From positions 206,702 through 270,701 of the forward strand of contig CAWHWQ010000004.1 in the NCBI GenBank assembly GCA_963833095.1: a stretch of DNA of 64,000 bases, given 5' to 3'. This stretch comes from Vulcanimicrobiota bacterium. GTDB taxonomy: Bacteria; Vulcanimicrobiota; Vulcanimicrobiia; Vulcanimicrobiales; Vulcanimicrobiaceae. Below are positions 52,457-61,687 of the stretch, piece after piece. Under the pieces are notes generated by a model. The model saw only the letters and a program-made list of their open reading frames with translations. It made no database searches and had not been told where the DNA came from. A program made the translations under genes and the position numbers. How positions within the stretch are numbered: the stretch's first letter is position 1; each line of letters begins with the position of its first letter.

Positions 52457-53872
52457 TCATACTTCTACCTTCTTCTGCTTGGGAAACTCAGCCAACGCGT
52501 CGATGCGATCGGCCAGCGCGCGGGCGCGTTGCGGTGCGGTGCCGACGTGTTTGCCCGGATCGAGCAACCGCCGGATCTCGGCCGGGTCGAGCAGCGCCGT
52601 TAGACTGGCGTCGCCGGCGAGCGTTTGCGCGAGCGGATTATCTTGGCCGCGTGCAAGTGCGGCCCAGGCTTCCATCGCGGCTTCGCGGATTCGTTCGTGC
52701 AGCACCTGACGATCGCCGCCGGCGCGCGCCGCTTCCATCATCACCGCTTCGGTTCCGGCGAAGGGCCCGTACACGCGCAGATTGTGCGCGATCCGGCGTT
52801 CCTCGACGCGCAGGCCGTCGATCACTTTGCGCGCGAGGGTGACGATTTCGTCGGCACACAGAATCGCCTCGGGAAGAATCGTCCGCCGATTGGCGCTGTC
52901 GTCGAGGGTGCGCTCCAAATAATTTGTCGCGGCATTCTGCCATGCGACGTCGCTGTAGCTCACCAGAAGGCGCGCCAGCGAGTCAATGCGCTCGCACAGA
53001 ATGGGATTGCGCTTGAAGGGCATCGCCGAACTGCCGACTTGGGAGCGTCCGAAGGGCTCAGCGAGTTCGCCGAATTCGGGGCTACTGAGAATGCGCACGT
53101 CGGCGGCGAATTTTGAAAGCGACGCGCCGAGTCCGGCAAGTCCGCTGAGCAGCAAGTAGTCGAGTTTGCGCGGATAGGTCTGGGTGCTCACGTCGCGCGC
53201 GCGCAGACCGAACTGCTCGAGGACGTGCTCTTCGAACATCGCCGAGGTGCCCTGGTGGTCCAGCAGATGCTCGTACGACGCTGCTGTCCCGACCGCGCCG
53301 CGCAGCCCTTTGGTAGTGAGCTGGTCGAAGACGAAGCGCAGGTTGGTATCGTCGATCAAACAGTCTTGCGCGTAAACGCCGAGCCGATAGCCGAGCGTCG
53401 TCGGCTCGGCCGGCTGCAAATGGGTAAACGCCATGCAAACCAAATCGGCGTACTGTCGTATCTTCGCGGCAAAGCTCTGCAACAGGCCATGGAGATTCGC
53501 GCCCACCGCGGCCAAGCCCAAACGCAGCCGGTACGTCTCGACCGTGTCCTCGATATCCATCGAGGTCGCTCCAAGATGCAGTTTTCCACCACCGACCTTC
53601 GCCTGCGAGGCAAAGACGCGAATTTCGGCCATCAGATCGTGGTGAATCTCCCGCTCGATGGCCAGCGCCGCCTCGATGTCGACTTCGTGCGCGTGCGCGC
53701 GCAGGTCGGAGACTTCGGCGTCGGTGATCAGCCCGGCGCGCGCCTGCGCCTGCGCGAGCGCAACCCAGACCGCACGCCAAAGTTTACGGCGTTCTTCCTC
53801 GGAAAAGAGCGTGCGTAGCTCGGCGCTGCCGTATCTCCAAGAGAACGGCGAGGCGTACGTACGATAATTCAT
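52457..53872 (-). CDS. purB: adenylosuccinate lyase
   Basis: SPFSWRY, HLGATS, THLQPA, GSSAMPFKRNP, LERTLDDSA. Confidence 0.96.
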   Translation of the reverse strand: MNYRTYASPFSWRYGSAELRTLFSEEERRKLWRAVWVALAQAQARAGLITDAEVSDLRAHAHEVDIEAALAIEREIHHDLMAEIRVFASQAKVGGGKLHLGATSMDIEDTVETYRLRLGLAAVGANLHGLLQSFAAKIRQYADLVCMAFTHLQPAEPTTLGYRLGVYAQDCLIDDTNLRFVFDQLTTKGLRGAVGTAASYEHLLDHQGTSAMFEEHVLEQFGLRARDVSTQTYPRKLDYLLLSGLAGLGASLSKFAADVRILSSPEFGELAEPFGRSQVGSSAMPFKRNPILCERIDSLARLLVSYSDVAWQNAATNYLERTLDDSANRRTILPEAILCADEIVTLARKVIDGLRVEERRIAHNLRVYGPFAGTEAVMMEAARAGGDRQVLHERIREAAMEAWAALARGQDNPLAQTLAGDASLTALLDPAEIRRLLDPGKHVGTAPQRARALADRIDALAEFPKQKKVEV

Positions 53873-53898
53873 GGGACGAAGGCGCTCTTCGCCTCCGC

Positions 53899-56043
53899 CT
53901 AGAGCGCTGCCTCGTCGCCTTTGGTCGGAGCGTCGGGGGGCGCGGCGCGACGCGCGAAGTCTTCCAGCTCGACCGTAACGTGCTCGGGAGTTCCCGCGTC
54001 GATCGCGCGCAGTGCCGCCGCGCGGCCGGCCTCATCCACAAAGTGCCGTAGCTGCTCCTCGGTCATCCCAGCGGTCCGCGCTTCGAGGTCGTCCAGCGCT
54101 GCGGAAAGGTCGAAGCCCAGCGGTTTGCCGTCGAGCAGCGCATGCAGCGCATCACGGCGAGCCTGCGGCGTCAATTCGGTCAAATCCACGAATTCGGGGA
54201 ACCGGTTGCGCAATTCCGGGTCGATCGTGGCCGCGTCGAGCGTCTCGCCCACGATAAAGAGCGGCTCCTTGTACTGGGTCAGCCGATCGATCGTCACCGC
54301 GAGGTGCGCGATCGACCCGGGATCGCCGTACGCCGGGATCTCCACCACCACGATCGCGTGAGCGCTCGCTCGCGCCCGATCGAGCGCTTCATCGAGCGCA
54401 TCGATGTTGGCCGGAATCACCGGCAAGCCGGTCTGATCGGCCAAGCTCTTGATCGCGCTCATACGCGCGTCGGCCGACGGGCCGGCGATAAGCACCGCCC
54501 GCGGTACGGTGATGCCCTGCGACTCCATCGTCGCCACATGGGCGAACATTGCGGCCAGCATGCGCGTGCGCTTTTGCACCGGCTCGGGCAGATCGTTGTC
54601 GATTGCCTCGAGCGGAATCTGCGCCACCGCTTCGGCGTCCTCGGTGTCGATGGGAACCGTCGCGGCTCCCGCGCCGAACGTGGGCGGTACGAGATCGACC
54701 ACCGCGCCGAAGCGCGCGATGATCCCTTCGTCGAGGCCCTCGTGCGTCGCCGCGCCGGCGATCACCCACACGTCTTCTCGTCCTTCGAGCTGCTCCCACT
54801 CGCTCCAAAGTGCTTGCACGACTTCCTTGCGCATCGCTTCGTACGCGGCCGAACCCGTCGTGGTAAAGAACCGCTCCGCTTCGTCAATAAAGATGATGGA
54901 GCGCGCGCGTTTTGCGGTTGCGAAGATACGCGAAACCGTGGCTGCGCCCTGACCGACGTATCCGATCTTGATCTGCGAGAACGACAGATGCAGCAGCGTC
55001 GCGGCCGACGCGCGCGAAATCGCCTGCATGACGTCGGTCAGATCGATGCGCTCGCCGCTCTGAATGAAGAGCCCGCGCCGGATCGCCGGATCACCGAGCC
55101 GGAAAAGAACGATTTGACGGATCAACTGGTTGCGAACGGTCGCGGGCAGAGCCAGAGCTTTGACGATCGCCGCCGTGGCGTCGTATTCACGCAGCTCTTC
55201 TTCCATCCGCCGAACGCGTTCGTCGAGGTCCTTGCGCGCGCCCGAGTGTGCGACGATCTCGCGATATTCCGTGGCTTGCGTGGCGACTTGCGGCAAGTGG
55301 CGCTCGAGCGCGCGTTGGAAGAATACACCGTACGACCGAATGAACGGATTTTCGAGATCGGCGTGTACGAGCGTCGGCTTCCTATCCGGAAAGCGCGTGA
55401 GGAGCACGTTGCTGCGCCGCTCGTCGATAACCTCGACGAAGGTTTCATCCAGCGCGTCTTTCTCTCGCACGCCTGGGATTTTCCACGCGCGATCCTCGAG
55501 CACGCCGTCGATCGGACCGTCGTATCCGATCAGCGGATGATTGAGGCCCGGTTCATACCGCGTGAACGCGACAAAGCGAACGTCTTTACCGTCGCTGCCC
55601 AAATACGAGGCGCGCGCCTTCTTTATCGGTGCGAGGCATTGCTCGCGCGCGATGAAGTAGCCAATGAACGCAAGCGCCAGGTAGAGCGCGATCGCGAGGA
55701 GCAGTCCGCTGGCTTGGAGCGCGTAGATCATGCCGGCCGCAACCACCACGAATCCGCCGACGGCGAAGAGCTGATAGGGTCCGGTCCAGCCCAGCAATAG
55801 GGCCTGGGAGATGGTGTCGCGCTCGCGCATGCGTTGCTGTTGCCCGTAAACGTCGCGCCATGCCGCGCCGACCATCGTGTCGAGCGAGGCCCGAATGGCA
55901 GCAAGCCGCTCTCGATCTGCGGCAATCTGCCGATCGAGATCGTCGCGTTCGGCCCGTACGCGATCGACGTCGTCCTTAAGCCATTGCTTCGGGTCGACAT
56001 CGGGCGAGTCGGTCGGGGGTGGGTCGACGACGTCCATAACCAA
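53899..56043 (-). CDS. membrane-anchored tandem AAA+-like protein with degenerate Walker A motifs
   Basis: Two TM helices, GYVG pore loop, IIFIDEAE Walker B, LD..I..RF; no GxxxxGKT. Confidence 0.7.
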   Translation of the reverse strand: MVMDVVDPPPTDSPDVDPKQWLKDDVDRVRAERDDLDRQIAADRERLAAIRASLDTMVGAAWRDVYGQQQRMRERDTISQALLLGWTGPYQLFAVGGFVVVAAGMIYALQASGLLLAIALYLALAFIGYFIAREQCLAPIKKARASYLGSDGKDVRFVAFTRYEPGLNHPLIGYDGPIDGVLEDRAWKIPGVREKDALDETFVEVIDERRSNVLLTRFPDRKPTLVHADLENPFIRSYGVFFQRALERHLPQVATQATEYREIVAHSGARKDLDERVRRMEEELREYDATAAIVKALALPATVRNQLIRQIVLFRLGDPAIRRGLFIQSGERIDLTDVMQAISRASAATLLHLSFSQIKIGYVGQGAATVSRIFATAKRARSIIFIDEAERFFTTTGSAAYEAMRKEVVQALWSEWEQLEGREDVWVIAGAATHEGLDEGIIARFGAVVDLVPPTFGAGAATVPIDTEDAEAVAQIPLEAIDNDLPEPVQKRTRMLAAMFAHVATMESQGITVPRAVLIAGPSADARMSAIKSLADQTGLPVIPANIDALDEALDRARASAHAIVVVEIPAYGDPGSIAHLAVTIDRLTQYKEPLFIVGETLDAATIDPELRNRFPEFVDLTELTPQARRDALHALLDGKPLGFDLSAALDDLEARTAGMTEEQLRHFVDEAGRAAALRAIDAGTPEHVTVELEDFARRAAPPDAPTKGDEAAL

Positions 56044-56055
56044 AGTTATCGGCAG

Positions 56056-57042
56056 TTAGCGCCGACTCAAGCCGGAGAGTTCGGCGGTGATGCGTTCGAC
56101 GAGCGTGCGGTGATCGTCAGGATCGCTCCCGGCCGCACCCGTAACAATCGATTCGACGCCGTGAACGGCCCGTTCGTACGCGATCCGGGCGCGCCGTTCG
56201 CCGACCCTCCCCGCGATCGGCCGCAGGATGCGTTCGCGCCATTTGGCTCGCGCGGGAAGCTCCCCGCCGGGCCGGGCCAACTCCCAGAGCAGCCCGCATT
56301 CCGTCGCCAGCGCCGAGAGCAGCGGAATCGCGGCACCGCGCGGATCGTTTGCAAAAAACTCGTGGGCGATACCCAGAGCTTCGCCGACGCGTCCCTCGAC
56401 CAGCGCGCTTGCGTACCGGTAGGCCTTGGGATCCTCGATCGACAGCGACTCGCCCTCGAGGTCTTTGTAGGTAATTTTCTTGCCCGCAAGCGAGAGTTTT
56501 TCGAGGTCGTTGCGCACGCTAGCCAGATCGGCTTCGCTGCGCGCAAGCTCGCTGCGGACGCGCGGCTCTGCGCTTGCGCCCAGCGCCACCAACACTTCGT
56601 CGACGTAGCGGGCCCGCGTCTCTTCATTCGCGGTCGTATCGATGCGCAGCGCGGCGCGACCGGCCTGCGCGCCCAGCGGCTGCGGTCGCTGCGAGCGCGG
56701 CGAAAGCAAATCGAGCACAACGAGCGTGTTGCCGTCGGGAACCGATTCCATGACTTCAAAGAGATCGCGTCGCGGTTGCGCGCGCAGCGTCTGTGCGTCG
56801 CTCACCACGACCACGCGCCGATCGGCAAGAAACGGCATTGCCGAAACCGCTTCGCGCGCGCGCGTAGCGTCGTTCCACTCCGATGCGGCGATACGCTCGA
56901 GATTGAGCTCCCGCATGTCGGACGGGAGTACGCGATCGAGAAGAACCTCGAGCGCGCGCTCCGCCAGCGCGCGCTCGGTGCCTTCGATGACCACCAGATT
57001 GCCGATCTTCGGCGCTTTATCAATGAACTCGTAGAATTTCAC
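56056..57042 (-). CDS. holA: DNA polymerase III delta subunit
   Basis: G.E..L, MPFLADRRVVVV, NDLEKL. Confidence 0.8.
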   Translation of the reverse strand: MKFYEFIDKAPKIGNLVVIEGTERALAERALEVLLDRVLPSDMRELNLERIAASEWNDATRAREAVSAMPFLADRRVVVVSDAQTLRAQPRRDLFEVMESVPDGNTLVVLDLLSPRSQRPQPLGAQAGRAALRIDTTANEETRARYVDEVLVALGASAEPRVRSELARSEADLASVRNDLEKLSLAGKKITYKDLEGESLSIEDPKAYRYASALVEGRVGEALGIAHEFFANDPRGAAIPLLSALATECGLLWELARPGGELPARAKWRERILRPIAGRVGERRARIAYERAVHGVESIVTGAAGSDPDDHRTLVERITAELSGLSRR

Positions 57043-57052
57043 GAGGAGTATT

Positions 57053-58078
57053 TCACGTTACGAATGCGCTCGCGTTCGGACGCAATTCCAGCGCCGGGAT
57101 CGCTTCGTAATACGGCGCGCGAATCACGCCGTACTCCGTCACGAAAGCCGTGACGAGGTGTCCGGGCGTAACATCGAATGCCGGATTAAACACGTGCGCG
57201 CCCGCCGGCGCGACCGCCGTGCCGCCGAACGCGGTCACCTCGCTTGCCGCGCGCTCTTCGATCTGAATCGACGCGCCCGATTCGATGCTGAAGTCGAACG
57301 TCGAGCGCGGCGCTGCGACATAGAACGGAATGCCGTGGTGCGCAGCTAGAATCGCAAGGCCGTAGGTACCGATTTTATTAGCCGTATCGCCGTTGCGCGC
57401 GATGCGATCGGCGCCGACGATCACAAGGTCGATGTTTTTTCGCGCCATTGCGAGGGCGGCAGCGCCGTCGACCTGCAGCGTCGCGTCGACGCCCGCCTGC
57501 GCAAGCTCGAAATAGGTCAAGCGCGCGCCTTGCAACAGCGGGCGTGTCTCGTCGACAAAAACGTGCGGATGCTTCCCGGCGCGCTGCGCCGCGATGATCA
57601 CACCCAGCGCCGTCCCACCGCCGGCGGTCGCGATGGGTCCGGTATTGCAATGGGTGAGGATCCGGGCGCCCTTGGGGATCAGGTCGAGGCCGGCATCGGC
57701 TATCGCGACGTCCATCGCGAGCTGCTCGCGGTGAATAGAGCGCGCTTCGGACTGCATGTCATCGGCGGCGAGCACGCGGTCGACCGCCCACGCGAGGTTC
57801 ACGGCCGTCGGACGCGCATCGCGGATGCGCCGCGCGGCCGCATGAAATTCTTCGTCGCTAGCCAGGGCGTCGCGCAACATCGCCACGCCGTACGCTCCAA
57901 AAACGCCGATAGCCGGAGCGCCGCGAACCGCCAGCGTCTTGATCGCCTCTTCGATATCGTCGACGGTGCGTGCGCGCTTGCGTTCGATCGCATGCGGAAT
58001 CAGCCGCTGATCGACATAGGTCAACGCCTCGCCGTCGAAAGCGACGGCTGAGAGTTCATCCGGAGAGGGGGTGGCCAT
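57053..58078 (-). CDS. mtnA: methylthioribose-1-phosphate isomerase
   Basis: DQR.IP, VRGAPAIG, RPTAVNL, THCNTG, ETRPLLQGARLT, ANKIGTY. Confidence 0.95.
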   Translation of the reverse strand: MATPSPDELSAVAFDGEALTYVDQRLIPHAIERKRARTVDDIEEAIKTLAVRGAPAIGVFGAYGVAMLRDALASDEEFHAAARRIRDARPTAVNLAWAVDRVLAADDMQSEARSIHREQLAMDVAIADAGLDLIPKGARILTHCNTGPIATAGGGTALGVIIAAQRAGKHPHVFVDETRPLLQGARLTYFELAQAGVDATLQVDGAAALAMARKNIDLVIVGADRIARNGDTANKIGTYGLAILAAHHGIPFYVAAPRSTFDFSIESGASIQIEERAASEVTAFGGTAVAPAGAHVFNPAFDVTPGHLVTAFVTEYGVIRAPYYEAIPALELRPNASAFVT

Positions 58079-58107
58079 GGTGGGAATCCTTTCGGGATTC
58101 CCAGCCG

Positions 58108-58407
58108 TCAAACCCCGGCCGGAACTTGGGCGGTGTAACAGGTGCGGCAGTACACCGGCCGATCGCCGCGCGGGCGGAACGGGACCGTGGTGTTGACGCC
58201 GCACGAGGCACAGACGGCCTCGAAACTGGGACGAGCTCCAGACGGAGCGGGCGCGTGCTCGCCGTTCTGCGTCCTGCGCGCCTGACGGCATTCGCGGCAA
58301 CGCTGGGGTTGATTCTGAAAACCTTTTTCGGCAAAGAACTGCTGCTCGCGAGCGGTAAAGGCGAACTGGTTCCCACAGTCCTTGCACGTGATCATCTTGT
58401 CTTCCAC
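58108..58407 (-). CDS. zinc-ribbon + CxxC-x17-CxxC protein (paralog of 36409)
   Basis: CKDC..F.F...EQQFF..KGF..QPQRCREC...CASC...VPFRPRGDRPVYCRTC. Confidence 0.92.
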   Translation of the reverse strand: MEDKMITCKDCGNQFAFTAREQQFFAEKGFQNQPQRCRECRQARRTQNGEHAPAPSGARPSFEAVCASCGVNTTVPFRPRGDRPVYCRTCYTAQVPAGV

Positions 58408-58460
58408 AGGGTCGGAGCCTCCGGAGCTAATCTACCGTTAAGGCCTGGTAAAGTGCTACT

Positions 58461-59249
58461 TTGGTAAGCGCGCTCCCTCCCAGGACAGAGCGATTCCCCA
58501 GCTCTTCTTCGCTCTCTGTCACCCTGAGGTGCGAAGCCTCGAAGGGTCTTAAAGTGATGATCCCATGGGTGCCCACGGTGGTCGTCGGCGACCGATTGCC
58601 GGCCAATCCGCAGTTGCTCGATCAGTCCGGCCGCGCGCTTCGCTGGAGCCAACTGAACGGTCGGGCCTTTGCCGTGACCTTCATCTACACGCGCTGCCGC
58701 GAGAGCGCCGAGTGCCCCGCGACATCGGCCAAGTTCGCACGGCTTCAGCACGAGATTCCCAGCAACGCGCGCCTGCTCGAGGTGACCATCGATCCGAGCT
58801 ACGATCGCCCCTCCGTCCTGCGTCGCTACGGTGCAATGTTCGGCGCCGATCCGGCTCGCTGGACGCTCGCCACCGGCGATCCGCAGACAGTGCTCACGCT
58901 CGCGAAGCGATTCAACGTGATCGTTTCACCCGGGCCGCGCGCGGGCCGGCTGGAACACGGCGAGGCGATCGCCGTGTTCGATACGCAAGAACGGCTCGTG
59001 TCTCTCACCGCCGGCAACAGCTGGCAGCCGCGTGAAATTCTCGCCGAATTGCAAACCGCGAGTGGCATGCGCGGCGGTTTGCTCGATCGATTCACGCTGT
59101 GGTTTCGCAATTTCGGGATTGCGTGCGGCGCCGTGCTGACCGTCGGCGATCGATTGTCGCGTCCGCTCGCTGGCCTGATTCTGGTCGCGCTGCTTGTCCT
59201 GATCGTGGGCGCGTCTGCCGTGCTGCTGCGCGGGCTGCGCGGGGTTTAG
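58461..59249 (+). CDS. SCO/SenC copper chaperone family (start uncertain, may be 58558)
   Basis: TFIYTRCRESAECP, TIDP.YD.P, W.LATG, EH; C-terminal TM. Confidence 0.82.
   Translation: MVSALPPRTERFPSSSSLSVTLRCEASKGLKVMIPWVPTVVVGDRLPANPQLLDQSGRALRWSQLNGRAFAVTFIYTRCRESAECPATSAKFARLQHEIPSNARLLEVTIDPSYDRPSVLRRYGAMFGADPARWTLATGDPQTVLTLAKRFNVIVSPGPRAGRLEHGEAIAVFDTQERLVSLTAGNSWQPREILAELQTASGMRGGLLDRFTLWFRNFGIACGAVLTVGDRLSRPLAGLILVALLVLIVGASAVLLRGLRGV
58517..58546 (+). repeat. palindromic repeat at or in the SCO 5' end
   Basis: Identical to 19563-19592. Confidence 0.88.
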
Positions 59250-59325
59250 GCGAATCGCGTCACGATTTCCGCCAACCCGAACAGGATCATCGGCGCCCCG
59301 ATGACCGCAATGTCGCGTGGCGGCT

Positions 59326-59736
59326 TTATAGGGCGTGCTCTCTGCGCCATACGAGGAATCCGCGGCCGAGTCGTTCGCCCTGTCCCGGCATCGTTTGCTC
59401 GGCGCTGGTAATCCGGAGCTCATCCCCGTCGATTTCGAAGTAGCGAACCTGTTTCGTCCCGAGCCAACTCGGATGCCACGACAGATCAACGTCGGTGACA
59501 AACCGATTCCCTTCGGTCGTGAAGTGACCCGAGTACGCAGCCACACCGCCGAACAGTCTGGCCGGATCGTCGGCAGCCGTTCGCTGCGTATCGGTAAGGA
59601 GCGCGATCACGCGGTTTCCGGGCAAGAAGGCGATAAGTCCGGCCGGAGCAGCTCCCATCAGGTCCGCCGTTTCACCGGTGTCTGAAAATCGCTGCTTGCA
59701 CTCCACCAAGCGCCAAAGGCCCAAGAGTGGCTCCAT
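59326..59736 (-). CDS. lipocalin-like domain protein
   Basis: LLGLWRLV, AYSG.F, P.WLGT.QVR, LVWRR. Confidence 0.8.
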   Translation of the reverse strand: MEPLLGLWRLVECKQRFSDTGETADLMGAAPAGLIAFLPGNRVIALLTDTQRTAADDPARLFGGVAAYSGHFTTEGNRFVTDVDLSWHPSWLGTKQVRYFEIDGDELRITSAEQTMPGQGERLGRGFLVWRREHAL

Positions 59737-59741
59737 CGGTG

Positions 59742-60242
59742 TTACGAGCGAAAGCCTGCGCGCGGAAGTTTACTCGGAATGTTGACCAGCGTAGCTGCAG
59801 CAATCGCCGCTTCGTAGCCTTTATCGCCGCGCGCCGGATCGGCACGCTCTTGCGCTTGCGCGAGATTCTCGGTGGTGAGCACGCCAAAGCCGATCGGCAC
59901 CGCAGTCGCTAGCTGCACCTCCATGATGCCGCGCGCACATTCGCCCGCCACGAAATCAAAATGCGGCGTCTCGCCGCGAATCACGACTCCAAGGGCAACG
60001 ATCGCGTCGTAGCGATCGGCTTCGATCAGCTTACGGCACGCAAGCGGCAATTCGAAACAGCCCGGAACTTCGACCACGTCGATCTCGTCGCGCTCGACCC
60101 CGCAATCGGCGAGCGCACGCTGCGCGCCGTCGATCATCCAGTCGGTCAAGTCGCGATAAAAGCGTGCGGCAACGATCGCAAAGCGGCGGCCCGCGCATTG
60201 CGGCGCAGGTACGCGCTTGCCGTTGCCCTCGCGCGGTTTCAC
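59742..60242 (-). CDS. ribH: lumazine synthase
   Basis: IVAARF, VPGCFELP, VIRGETPHF, FGVLT, KG.EAA. Confidence 0.96.
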   Translation of the reverse strand: MKPREGNGKRVPAPQCAGRRFAIVAARFYRDLTDWMIDGAQRALADCGVERDEIDVVEVPGCFELPLACRKLIEADRYDAIVALGVVIRGETPHFDFVAGECARGIMEVQLATAVPIGFGVLTTENLAQAQERADPARGDKGYEAAIAAATLVNIPSKLPRAGFRS

Positions 60243-61648
60243 GACGCGACGGTTTCGTCGAACATGTGGCCCAGCTTAGCGCGTTTGGTGGCCATGTATT
60301 TCTTGTTGTGCACGGTCGGCGCGGTTTGCATCGAGACCCGGCCGACGATCTTGATCCCATAGCCTTCCAGGCCGAAGATCTTGCGCGGGTTGTTGGTAAT
60401 GAGGCGCAATTCTTTGATGCCGAGGTCGGCGAGGATCTGCGAACCGATGCCGTAGTCGCGCTTGTCAACGGGCAGGCCTAGCGCGAGGTTGGCCTCGACC
60501 GTGTCCGCGCCATGATCTTGCAACTCGTAGGCGCGCAACTTGTTGGCTAGACCAATACCACGGCCTTCTTGACGCAAATACAGGAAGACACCGCGCCCTT
60601 CTTTGGCGATCATTTCCATCGCACCGTCGCGCTGCGCGGCGCAATCGCAGCGAATCGAGTGCAGTGCATCACCGGTCAAACATTCGGAGTGCACGCGAAC
60701 GAGCACGTCTTTCCCGCTGCTGATGTCGCCCATGATCAAGGCAACGTGGGTGTTTCCATCGATGGTCGTTTCGTACGCGACGCCCTTCCAGTCTCCGGTG
60801 GTGGTCGGCAGGTTGAATTCGGCGACGCGTTTGACAAGTTTTTCGGTACGCATACGGTACGCAATGAGATCCTTCACGGTGATGAGCCGAAGATTGTGTC
60901 GATCGGCATACACCCGTAACCCGTCGAGACGTTCCATCGTTCCGTCCTCGGCCATGATTTCGCAGATCACTCCTGCGGGATAGAGTCCGGCCATGCGCGC
61001 GAGATCGACCGATGCCTCGGTTTGCCCCGCACGCACCAGGACGCCGCCCGCTCGCGCGCGCAGCGGAAAGGTGTGACCCGGTCGCAAGAAATCCGCTGGC
61101 ACGGCGTCGGGGTCGAGCAGCTTCTTGACTGTCGCCGCGCGATCGTGCGCCGAAATTCCCGTCGTCGTGACACCACGCGCTTCGACCGAAACGGTGAACG
61201 CCGTTTCGTGCACGGCGGTATTGTCGCGAACCATTTGCGGAATCTGCAAATCGTCCAAGCGCGATCCCAGCAGCGGAACGCAAATCAATCCGCCGGCTTC
61301 TTTGCGCATGAAGTTGATCGCGTCGGGCGTGATCTTCTCCGCGGCCATCACCAGATCGCCTTCGTTTTCGCGATCCTCGTCATCGAGTACGACCACCATT
61401 TTGCCGGCGCGAATATCCTCGAGCGCATCCGGGATCGTATCGAAGGGCGAAGCGCGTTCGGCGGGCGCGGGAGCCAACTCGGGCAGCACGGCGGTCAAGC
61501 GCTGCAAGGTCCGGTAGGACGGCTCACGGCGTCCGGCCCGCAAAAGGGACACCGCCGACTCGGTTACTCCCGCCTTGAGCGCAAGCTCGGAGGCCGAGAG
61601 ACCGGCGGCCTCAAGTGCGGCGTTGAGGTTCGCGGCAAATTCGCTCAT
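60239..61648 (-). CDS. ribBA: N-terminal XRE HTH fused to DHBP synthase/GTP cyclohydrolase II
   Basis: LSASELALKAGVTESAVSLLRAGRREPS, then DDEDRENEGDL, RVHSECLTGD, QEGRGIGL, TNNP.K. Confidence 0.95.
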   Translation of the reverse strand: MSEFAANLNAALEAAGLSASELALKAGVTESAVSLLRAGRREPSYRTLQRLTAVLPELAPAPAERASPFDTIPDALEDIRAGKMVVVLDDEDRENEGDLVMAAEKITPDAINFMRKEAGGLICVPLLGSRLDDLQIPQMVRDNTAVHETAFTVSVEARGVTTTGISAHDRAATVKKLLDPDAVPADFLRPGHTFPLRARAGGVLVRAGQTEASVDLARMAGLYPAGVICEIMAEDGTMERLDGLRVYADRHNLRLITVKDLIAYRMRTEKLVKRVAEFNLPTTTGDWKGVAYETTIDGNTHVALIMGDISSGKDVLVRVHSECLTGDALHSIRCDCAAQRDGAMEMIAKEGRGVFLYLRQEGRGIGLANKLRAYELQDHGADTVEANLALGLPVDKRDYGIGSQILADLGIKELRLITNNPRKIFGLEGYGIKIVGRVSMQTAPTVHNKKYMATKRAKLGHMFDETVAS

Positions 61649-61657
61649 AGGACCTCA

Positions 61658-61687
61658 ACCCTATGCCCGGACTTGACAAATGTCAAG
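61658..61687 (-). promoter_or_regulatory. ribBA promoter overlapped by palindrome CTTGACA-AA-TGTCAAG
   Basis: Minus strand: TTGACA (61686-81), 17 nt, TAGGGT (61663-58); ATG at 61648. Confidence 0.55.

Noticed and set aside
52094..52460. ORFs of 109-120 aa between purB and purC
   Set aside because: Translations of the repeat cluster (VVEGP and SERSERS periodicity)
57053..58387. 444-aa extended MtnA
   Set aside because: The extension overlaps the zinc-ribbon gene in another frame; the likely start is ATG 58078
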